A stretch of 64,000 nt of DNA from Lytechinus pictus (taxonomy: Eukaryota): positions 372,001 through 436,000 of the forward strand of contig NC_087252.1 of assembly GCF_037042905.1 (NCBI RefSeq). Direction: 5' to 3'. The position numbers and the translations under genes were made by a program. Each line of letters begins with the position of its first letter. Positions within the stretch are counted from its first letter, which is position 1. This document shows positions 27,801 to 39,800 of this stretch, one piece after another. The notes under the pieces are model-generated. The model was not told the DNA's origin, did not search any database, and saw nothing but the letters and a program-made list of their open reading frames with translations.

Positions 27801-30800
27801 AGCGCATGTACGGACGTACACGAGCGATCGAGCCAGCCGAGTCTCGAGCTAGATCGCGCTGAATGCATGCAAGCTTTGGACTGACTCGGCCAGGACCAGA
27901 CGTCCCGTATTTTATTCATTTCTAAAACATTTCAGTTTTTCTTTTTTAAATATATAAAAGAAACACCAAATATCATTAGGATTTTTGTCATATGATTGGA
28001 TTGTTTTTATTTGCTTGAAGTTTGAACTTTTTCCTCTTTCTTTCTTTTCTATCTTTCCTTCTTGCCCTTTTTTGTTACATATCTATTTTTATTTCCTGAT
28101 CCTTTCTCTCTCTCTCTCTCTCTGTTCATTTTCTTTCTTTCCTTCTTTCTCTTACTTGCCTTCTTTATTACATTTTCTTTTTTTGTTTCCTTCATTCCTT
28201 CTCCCTTCCACTCGTTTTTTATTTTCGTTCTATCTCTCCTTCCATTATTATTTTTTTTCATTCTGGCCTCCCTTCATTCTTTCCTCCCTCTCTTTCCTCC
28301 TTTCTTTCTTTCTTTCTTTCATTATTTATTTCATTTTGTCCTTATTCTTTTCCCTTATACTTTCTTTCCCTTTCTTCCTTCCTTCCTGTTTTCTTCTTTC
28401 TTTCCAAGAATGAAGGAAAATTTTCTTTCCTTCATTCTTTCTTTCCTCCTCCTTTTTTCTTACTTTCTTTTTGTCTTTCTCTTCTTTGTTTTGACTTTTA
28501 CACATTTGCTCATCTTCCCTTTTCTTTTTTTTTCTTTCTATATTCAATTCAAAGAATGACAGAAACCTTTTTATCTATTTTTATTCTCTCATCCATTTAT
28601 TAGAACTTTCTTATATTTTTATTATTTCCTTCATTTTCCCCTTCATTTTTTCTTTCTTTCTTCTCAATTCATCTCTTTTCTTTCTCTCCTTCATTCTTTC
28701 GTTCACCCTCCCTTCCAATTCTGTACTTTTTTCACAAGTCTAACACTGTGTAGCCTTCTTTCTTGATCTTTTTTTTTTGTCGATTGTCCCGTATTTCATT
28801 TTGTGAAATCTGGTCACCCTGGCCAGGACTCCGCTTCAAATTCAAACCAAATAAACAATGAGTCGTCAGACTAAAATAGGCGACTTTTGTCGTCGTGATC
28901 GGCGACCAGAACAACTTGAACAAGAGTCAAGAAAAATAAATGCCAAGGGCAGCGCAAGTAAATCAAGTTCAGCCAGGACAGAAAAGAATAATTAAGAGCA
29001 AAATAATTTTTTTTTTTAAATTGGGCAAGCAGTTTTTTCTATCGGGCAAGCAAATTTTTTTATCACTTGCCCGACAGGGCAAGTGATGAATTTTTTTTTT
29101 GTAGAGGCCTGCTGAGGTAAGTGTGGATGTTGACCAGCAGGTGCAATACACCAGGGTCCCGTCTTAGAAAGAGTTACAATTGATCTGATCAACCTCAACT
29201 ATGGAAATCCATCAATGTTATATTTTTCTACACGAAGCTTGCACAATGTCCTTTGTACAACAGGAAAAAAATGAAGGTATAACCATATCAAGGAAATATT
29301 TTAAACATACATGCATTTTAGATGTTGGCATTGCTGGCTTTCCATAGTTGTGACTGATTGGAGCAATCACAAGTCTTTATAAGATGGGGCCTAGGTTTCC
29401 ACCGTACTCTTTCATGAAAAGCCACTTTGTTTTATTAACACAAGACAGCTTCATTGTCCCTGGGGCTGTCAATTCCCCTATCATCTGATTACTTTATGAT
29501 AGTTGTGATAGTTTGTACAAAAGAATGGAATAAGTTACCACAAAACTTTAGATCCAGTCCAACACTGCCCATATTTAAAAATTCATGTCGAAAATATTTA
29601 TTTGAAAGATTACAAAATATCTTAAATTGATTCTTGATAAACCATGTGTGTTGTGTGTGTGTGTGTGCGTGTTGTGTTTGTATGCATTTTCTTATTTTAC
29701 TCTTTAGATTATCATTGTAAATATGTTTTTCATCTCATTATTGTTGTAATGTACTTTATAAGGGGCCCCTCCCACAAGCTCTGCTTCTATGCCCAGGACC
29801 AAAATCCAATTGAAACCAGTTGGATTTCCAACTGGTTTCAATTGGTTTCAACTGGTTTCAATTGGTTTTAACTGGAATTTAACAATTTCCAGTTGAAACC
29901 AATTGAAACCAGTTGGGCAACTGGAAATCCTAACTGGAACCAGTTGGGTAACTGGAAATGACTTCCAATTGGAAATGATTTCTAACTGGAACCAGTTGAG
30001 TAACTGGAAATCCCAACTGGAACCAGTTGGGCAACTGGAAATCCTAACTGGAACCAGTTGGGTAACTGGAAATGTCTTCCAATTGGAAATGATTTCTTAC
30101 TGGAACCAGTTGAGTAACTGGAAATCCCAACTGGAACCAGTTGGGCAACTGGAAATCCTAACTGGAACCAGTTGGGTAACTGGAAATGACTTCCAATTGG
30201 AAATTATTTCTAACTGGAACCAGTTGGGCAACTGGAAATCCTAACTGGAACCAGTTGGGTAACTGGAAATGACTTCCAACTGGAAATGATTTCTAACTGG
30301 AGCCAGTTGAGTAACTGGAAATCCCAACTGGAACCAGTTGGGCAACTGGAAATCCTAACTGGAACCAGTTGGGTAACTGGAAATGACTTCCAATTGGAAA
30401 TGATTTCTTACTGGAACCAGTTGAGTAACTGGAAATCCCAACCGGAACCAGTTGGGCAACTGGAAATCCTAACTGGAACCAGTTGGGTAACTGGAAATGA
30501 CTTCCAATTGGAAATGATTTCTAACTGGAACCAGTTGGGCAACTGGAAATCCTAACTGGAACCAGTTGGGTAACTGGAAATGACTTCCAATTGGAAATTA
30601 TTTCTAACTGGAACCAGTTGGGCAACTGGAAATCCTAACTGGAACCAGTTGGGTAACTGGAAATGACTTCCAACTGGAAATGATTTCTAACTGGAACCAG
30701 TTGAGTAACTGGAAATCCCAACTGGAACCAGTTGGGCAACTGGAAATCCTAACTGGAACCAGTTGGGTAACTGGAAATGACTTCCAATTGGAAATGATTT

Positions 30801-33800
30801 CTTACTGGAACCAGTTGAGTAACTGGAAATCCCAACTGGAACCAGTTGGGCAACTGGAAATCCTAACTGGAACCAGTTGGGTAACTGGAAATGACTTCCA
30901 ATTGGAAATTATTTCTAACTGGAACCAGTTGGGCAACTGGAAATCCTAACTGGAACCAGTTGGGTAACTGGAAATCCTAACTTGAACCATTCAGTTGTGT
31001 AACTGGAAATCCTAACTGGTACCAATTGGGTAACTGAGATGACTTCTAACTGGAAAGATGGTAACTGGAAATGAATTCTAATTGGAACCAGTTGGGTAAC
31101 TGGAAATTATTTCCAATTGGTTTCCAATTGGAAATTTTCCAGTTACCCAACTGGATCCAATTGAAACCAGTTAATTTGCATATTATTTGCCAGTGTGCAC
31201 ATATTAATGTTTTATGAGATTAATCATCATTAACAATGTATCTATTTAATTCTTTACAATTTCAAGTACCACACTTTTTAAAGATTAGTATTTAGAATAC
31301 TTAGCAGTGAAAACCATGTTCATAAATGTTATAGATTATAATTAAAACAGATTAAAGGATAATTAGTACACCACTAACTGTTACCAAATTACATCAAATA
31401 AAAGTACATATATTTGAAGATCTTCCATATAAATATATACACATGAAAGTCTGTATTTTATCAATGCCCTTTACATTGGTATTAATAGACATATAACACT
31501 GCTTCTGTGTTGGCATGAGAAATAGTTAGTGCAAATGCTAATTAATTTGTAACTAATTAAGTTCGTTCCAACTGGAAGTTCCAATTGGATCCAGTTGGAA
31601 ACCAATTGGTTTCAACTGGTTCCAGTTGAAACCAGTTGCCTCCAATTGGTTTCAACTGGAACCAATTGAAACCAGTTGCCTCCAATTGGATTCAATTGGT
31701 TTTAATAGGGAAATTGGAACAACTGGAACTAATTGACAATAATTGCCAACTGGTTCCAGTTGCCCAATTGGTTTTAACTGGAACCAATTGGCAACTGGTT
31801 TTCAATTGGTTTTTAACTGGAACCAATTGGCAACTGGTTTTCAATTGGAACCAGTTGTTCCAATTTCCCTATTGAAACCAGTTGGCCAACTGGTTTCAAT
31901 TGGTTTTGCCCTAATTGGTTTTAACTGGATTTTGGTCCTGGGTGGGGTCCCAAACCTATCATGCATTCTCATTTTTGTTAAGCTATGTGATATGTCTCTT
32001 GTTCTTGATTGGTTTGAATAAATTTGAACTTTGAACTTTGAACTCATATCACATACCTGTTGATGCTAGCCCCCTGAAGATATCGACCAACATAAGAACA
32101 TCCATTGTCTTTGTACAGTTGAAGACATACAGAGGTTGACCTACAATACGACTCAGCTCTCTCGCAGTCTCAACACGTCCACTCAACTATGTAAATAACA
32201 TATGAATCAATAAATTAGGCTACTGTACAACATAACATTAAAATTCAATGTTTTGTGTGTTTCTCTCCATTGTCCTAAACTCTTGAACCTCGAGACAGTT
32301 TAGGAAGTATGAATGCATGACATTACAATATCTTGATAATAAGTTTTCAGGAGATCCCAATCACTTTAATCCCATCAGGTATGGTTAAAGTATTACAATG
32401 CTTGATTTCAATGAGAATTTTCATGTAAAGTTTATTAACTGTCAAAATTTGGGGGGGGGGGGTTGAAAATACACATCATAATAAAACAAACCAAGGGGAA
32501 AAGGTGATCCAGTAATGGGTTACTTTGCAAAGAGCTTGTATAGAAGCCTTTCATAATAAGCCATCTTGCAACTTTGTTAGGTTTTGATTACCTGAGCAAT
32601 ACAGATTGACTATTAAGGTAATATTGGGACAATAGCATAATTATCCAAGAAACAATTAAATAAATGAACAAAGACATGGATCATTAAAAAAGGTAAATGA
32701 AAGGGTAAACATATGAATGTAAAATTGTATAAGTAAATTATGAGATAATGTATGAAAACAACTAATCAACAAAATGAAAAAAAAAAAAAAAAAAACAATT
32801 AACTTACATTTGAGCCAACACACATGGCTGCAGTATGACTCTTTATGGTACTAGCCATGCTATAATACATCTTCTCTGTGCCTGGAAGGAAGGCTAGACG
32901 TGCTGCCGATCCTTGGTATTCAAAGCCATAGTCAAACTCTGCATCAAGGAGCTGTAAATAGATAAAATAAGGGGAAAATCATTTTAAATATGCATCAATG
33001 TTCTTTGAATGCACTCTTGCAATAAACGTATTAACTTATAGATGCAATGTTATTTTCCCCCACTTTTAATTATATATCTGTGAACTCAACATCCAAATGA
33101 GGGAACTCATGAAAAATGTGGCACGGGATGAGTTGATTGACCTTCCGCCCTCCCACCATTTCAACCTTGATTTCATTTTCGAAATACAGTTATGATCTAA
33201 AACATGATCTAATTTAATTCCAAGAATCAAAATGTATTTACATGTACATGTAGATCATAGATTTAAAGGTTTGATGTTCTCATATCTCTTGACCACAAGG
33301 TAAGGTAGCAAACCAATCCTGGGGGTCATTTCATAAAGCTATTCATTAGGAACAACTGTAAGAATCTCTCGATCCTTTTTGTTTATATGGTATGCACCAA
33401 AATGTTAATTGGCGAATGCACAGCACGTAGAAATTTTCACAAGTCATTCTGAAAGTAGCTCTTAACTTATAAACAGCTATATGTAACACCCAACAGTTGG
33501 GTGAAAATAGGTACTCTGTTGGGAATTTATTCACAGAAATTATTTTGTGCCCCAGAGACAACTGTATGCTGAAGGCATGATTAATGACTGTAGAGCACCT
33601 ATGTCTTATAAGAAAAAGTTTTAAAATCAATTCCAAAATTGGCAATGACCATTCTAAATTATTGTTGCATGCTCATACTGAAACATTTTGTTCAATGATA
33701 GTGCACACCAATGTGAATCACAATTCAATTTTATTGCAAATACACTTTTAAAAGGCTGGAGGAATCTATATAAGAGGTTATACGAACCCATCATTATTTA

Positions 33801-36800
33801 ATAGAAACAACTTGTGGATAGCAGAAAAATGAAAAATTGTTTGAATGATGGGGCAGTATGTACCTTGACTTTCAAGTTATTGCTGCTTTCATCCCAGTTG
33901 TATCTAAGCTGGCTCTTCCATTCAAAGCAATCAGCAAGCTTGCCAGTCTCATCCTGCTTCTTATCAAATCTGGGAAAATATGAAAAGAAACAAAAAATTT
34001 AAATTCCTGCTCAGGTTCAAACTCACCATATTTCCACTCCTGAAGACGGACAGTCAACCTGTCCGAAAGGTTGAGTCTCTCTACTACTCATCATCTCTAC
34101 TCGCCGACTCAAGCCAGCATCTCCTCATTAGCTCTACTACTCAAGCTGTTCTCAACTCATCAATCTTTCCTGGTTTACAGTCCTTTTCAGGACTACTTTC
34201 AAGAAAGAATACTCTACTCTCAAATCTCCACTTTCTCGCCTATCCATTTCTTCTCTTCTTCTATCCACTGTTTCTACAACACTCCACATGGTGTACCGTA
34301 AACCACATCAGCGATTGTACATGCCACCATGCAAACCTTCAAACAACATCCAATAAATATTTCATCGTTATGTACGTATTTATTAATTCATCTATCTATC
34401 CATCTATCTATTTATTTGTTTCTGTATTTATCAGTATATTCATCCACATATTTATTGTTATCATTACTGTATACACTATACACGATTATCAGGACAAAAA
34501 CAAGAATAAGAATGAGATACATACATACATGTTTGTACAGAACAAAGAAAATGAAGAGAAAATATAACGGAAAACAGAAAGAAAAAAATATAAATATCAT
34601 TGAAGGTGATTGATACCCCACCATACATGTACAATGTATAGCTGTTACCAGTACACTTGAATCAAATGGATAATGAATGTTTGTACAAAATTTTGTACAA
34701 AAGCTATGGAAACAAAACTGGGGAATTAGTTGTCCTGGGTTTTGGGCACTAGCATGCTGTTATCATGGAAATACAATTTCAAATAGATTTGGAAAATGAA
34801 CTTGCATATTTTTATCTAAAGACAAATGTTGCTGACAACTTTCATGAGCACTGGATACAAACTGGGAAAGTGGTGAGATCAGTAATGAGTTTTCCTGTTT
34901 TGGGTCAAAATATGTGGTTACCATGGCAACACAATGACAAATGAGAAAATAATGTGTCTTACACATCTTTTCATCCTTTCATATGTGGGTGGTAAATTCT
35001 GTGAGAATCGGGTTAAGAACTGATCAAGTAGGTTGAACAAGATTTTTGGCCAATTTTCATAATATAATAATTTTATTACAAAATGGCTAAACAAGCAAAA
35101 AAGAAGTCTTGCACATCAGGACCTCAGGACCAACATGTGACCCAAATCTCATGAGTATTGATTAAAAATTATGAAGTAGTTCGAACTGCAAGATTTTTAC
35201 CTATTTTTTTTGGCCATATTATATGTTGTTACCATGGCAACACAGTTTTTGACACACGCAAACAAATTTGTCTTGCACATCTTTATCTCAAAACCAATGT
35301 GTTTAGCCAAATTTCATGAGAATTGGTTAAAAACTGAGGAAGTATTTTGAACCACAATATTTTATCAAATTTTTGCCAATATACTGTTACCATGGCAACA
35401 CAATTTCCAACACATGCGAAAATGGATTTTTGCACATTTTTAACCCCATTACCAGTGTGTGTTCCAAACTTTATGAGAATTGGTTAAATGTACAACATAA
35501 TTTGCAACCAACCATCAGCCCAACTGTACAACGATTCCCCCTTTAATAAAAATAGGGAAAGAGGGAAAAAAAGGAAATACAAATGAGGGTGTACACAAAA
35601 TCCCAAATAAAAAAATATTGAAAGTATCACAACAATAAATTAGAATGAAACAGGAAACTGGGAAAGTGGAAATAACCTGAATTCTCTTTCTGAAAATCAG
35701 CCATATTTCTTTAATAATTCAATTGAATTAAAGGTCCTTCCTATATCGATGATACTGAGATGTGTTGAAATACTGTCTTACCAGGTCAGTAGACTAGGGT
35801 GCTTGTGTTGATAGAGCTGACATAACGTTGTGTGATAGGCAATACATGTACATGTATGATCATACAACCACCGATTCATGATCATTGCTTCAACAGTCCA
35901 TTGTTATTATACTGAAACATGGCAGGTCAATCAATAAAAATATCTGAAAATATGCATTCATCTGTAAATGCAAAATGCCCGATAGCTACATGTATCCAAG
36001 CACTCGCTCAATATTATTTGGACTTTGGACATGATAAATTTTTAATCTTTTTAATCTTTTCTGTGTTCAAACTTTGAGAATGTTTGCTTTGCTATTAAGT
36101 TTGGCAACAATAGGGATCGAGACTTTTGTGCAGGGTTAGCGACGGAGCATGCGCGTTTGCATGCAATTTCTTCCGGTTTCACAGTTTTCCCGTACTACTA
36201 GACATGTATACAAGTCGATCGTTCCAACACACTGTTTCTACTTACAACTAATAATTGTTCCTCATCTTGTAAAAGCCAATTACACACAATTGCAGGGGTT
36301 TATGGCATCTGAGTCCAGAATTTGACAAGTGAGTATAATTAAAACAATGAATGCAATGATATTGCAGTGTAGTCTTACCATTTACATGTAGATCTAGTGA
36401 GAGTTACCAATGTGTTATATTCATGTAGTGTTGGCTGTACATGTATGTAATGGGTCAGAGTGAAATATACAAGAATGTAATCAACATAATATTTTAACCC
36501 GACTTATAACAGAACAAAAATGAGAAAGAGGGGGAAGGTAAGGGAAGAATTCAATTGCAGACTGTCCTGATTTTATTAGGAATGTCCTGATTTTCAACTT
36601 TCAAAGTGGCTAAAAGATTCAGGATTGTTGTCCTGATTTCTGAAATTCAATTGGAGAAAAAAATATTAAGAGAAAAATTACCAATAGCAATGGACCCATT
36701 CGTACCACCAAGTCTTCAATACACCCCTGTACATGTAAAAGAGCCCAGTATTTTAAGGGTTAACCCTATCTAGACCGGGGTATTTTGGGAGTTCATATGG

Positions 36801-39800
36801 CCGGGGGGGGGGGGGGTGGGCTTCCCAGGCCCCCCCCTTGAGATTTTGGCTGTTGGCCACATGATCGCGCTGAAAACTGGCATGCAGGTTGTCTTGGACA
36901 TAATCTACAAAACTGTATAGCAATTTATTTCATGCAAATTGGTATTTAGCGATTATGCTAATTTATGCGTCATTGGTATGCGAAATCATACTTTTCCCTC
37001 TAACTCCCTAAATAAAGCTGCAATTGTTACAATTTTTGGTATAAAAACTCTTTTTGGTGTTCCTTGCATGTGTACATGAAAAAAATTGCGATATCAGAGT
37101 AATTTCTTATGTATTTTAATTTTTGGCAATTATACTTACATGTACATGCATGTATTTCCTTGTTTTTTGGACCTATTGTGTTTCAATGAAAAGTGTTTTC
37201 AATGAAATTTGTTGGGAACTCTTCTAAGATCATAAACAGCATAAAATAAATACATTTAGACCAGCAAAACTAAAAATAATCATACATTTATGATTATTGG
37301 TTGAAAACAGAATTTGCATTGACTTTGTACACGAAATCACATTTTCAAGCAATTTTTGGTCTGACATGCACTTACATAATGTTGCCTAATTTTGGAACCG
37401 CGTACATAGGTGACACAACTTTGGTCTCAAAAGTTGCGCAAGACAGGGTTAAGGTTGACAAAAATGCAGGAGCTTCAGGAGCACTGCTTTCTGGACTCCT
37501 CATGTGACCCTCATTACCTAAAAAGAGCTAATTCCTTTTAATCCTTATAAGTAGGAGTGGGCTATACATGGGTCAAAAATACTTCTTTTTTCATTTTAAT
37601 ATGCCAACAGTTTTTATTTATTCCAAGGTTGTAATGTATCTCAACATATAATGACAATATTCTTTCTCTCCTCTACCTTGTTTTACGGATTACATGTATT
37701 TGCGAAATATATCATATTAAATAAAAAAAAAATGTAATTTATCCACAGGTGCTATCTACAGTATAGTACAATGTATTGTACATACTGCACTGCATAATGT
37801 ATGTCCTTGCATTGACCACCATTTGTAGGATAAACTAGTGTCATAGAAATGACCTCTTGAATTATATGCCTCAGAAAGTGAAGATACTATACATGTATGT
37901 TTTGTCCCAGAAATTGAAGACACGTTTTGTCCAATATGCATACAGGGGGTGGAAGAGTGGTAAATATCATTAACAATGGATTATACATGTAGCTAGTCAA
38001 CCCCATATATTATGGCATTTACACTGTGGTTATTCTGTTACCATTAGGGTAACTTTGCCATCCAATTGTTACTTTCATGGAATCCTAAATTCTGATTGGC
38101 CGTTGATCATCGTTACATTATCATGGTAGTTACCTGACCCCATGAACATAGGGTTAGACACCCCAACCATGTAAGAACAAGCCTCCAAATGAAGAAGGTA
38201 TGGCTAAAAATGTGATGTAAGTACGTGTACATGATATTTATGTGCAATTTATGTTTATCATCGGGTTACATCATGTACAATGTACATGTACATCAGCTAA
38301 AAAGCAATTAAAATTCACAAGTGACAATCTAATTCTAAACCTCAGGAGCTCACTTCTATGACACGATAAATTATATAAAGGGACTTGTTATATGTCATGG
38401 TGGTCAATGCATGGATATTATACATATAGTGCATGCTGTTGAGTTCAATATACCATAATATGAGTGTCCATAGATTTCAAATTTCTTGCGTGCGTTTATA
38501 GAGGGCGTAGGCCGAGTTGAAATATAAACACACAAGAGAAATTTATGGATATGAATGATATTGTATATTAAACGATAATAAGCATGTACTATGCGTTATA
38601 TGAGATGGGAACACAGAAAAATTACCGCATAATCGTTTTCCTCAAGGTATCGATCGATGGATCACCTTATGAGGTTTTGTACACAAGCTATCGTGCAGAA
38701 ATTGCCGGTATATGCCATGATCGTGGCCATATACCGGATTACGTCATTGCAATTGACCAATCAGAAGCCTTCTCTCATACCACCCATCTTATATACATGT
38801 ATGCTGTGTCGTATGTACAATATATATATATTAGCCTGTATGGATAAATTACATTTTTTTTATTTAATAAGATATATTTCGCAAATATCTGTACAACACA
38901 ATTCTATACGAAGCTGCTTACTACATCTCAACTGGTATAGTCTAATATCCAAGAACCACGAAACTATGAAACCTAATTTTTGGCTGAAAAAAGGGTCTAA
39001 AATGTGTAAATTTAAGTAAAAATCACCTTTCAACTCTACAAATAATGGTTTAAAAGTACTAATTTTAGGAAAAACAAATTGCCTGCCCCCCACAACATAT
39101 GAATAGACACTAAAACCAGAGAAAAAGACCACCTAATAAAGAAGTTGTGGCCAAAACTTTGATTTTGGGGGATTTAAATCCCCCAAAATCACAGTTTTGG
39201 CCACAACTTCTATTTGGCGGCTATTTTGGATTTTGGCCCGGCATACTTTTTTCTCGGACCCAAGACAAAAAATATTTTCATTTCATGTTGAGATAAGAAG
39301 GTAAAAGGAATGCAAAATAACTGTTGCCACAGAAAAACCAAAAATCACCCATTTATAGCCCACTCCTATAATAAGACTGAAGGGGCTGATTCATGCAGCC
39401 CCCCCCCCCTTAACATTTTTTGCAATAAATCCAACGCACAAAATTTTCTGACACGGTCACTCGTTGACTTTTTACTTTCAAGTCTCGCGAACTTTTGAGA
39501 CCAAAATTGTGAGCCCCTGGCACATATACTTGGTTGCGTAGTTACAACATGTATGCAACATTTTGTACATGTAAGTGCATGCAGACCCAAGAATACAGTG
39601 TATGTGAATTTGTGTAAAAATCCAGCGCAAATAGTGTTTTTCTGTATCTGTATCGATCAGTCAGCAAAATTCCAGGATTGGCACATCACGCTAACTTGAA
39701 GAACATGCTACATGTACGTGTGGAGTGGCTCAAAGTATTAACTGATATTAATTTTGATCTATTCTAGCTGAAAATACGGATACAAAGAAAGAGTCCTGAA

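Noticed and set aside
27985..28559. Phe/Leu-rich and Lys/Arg-rich ORFs
   Set aside because: Pyrimidine-rich low-complexity tract inside a transposon.
29903..31110. CRISPR-like array or repeat-protein ORFs
   Set aside because: No unique spacers and no cas genes in this eukaryotic context. The ORFs are translations of the minisatellite.
33980..34567. 195-aa ORF, and ORFs 40633..40914 and 40800..41081
   Set aside because: Low-complexity translations of the Penelope-like pLTR and its inverted arm.
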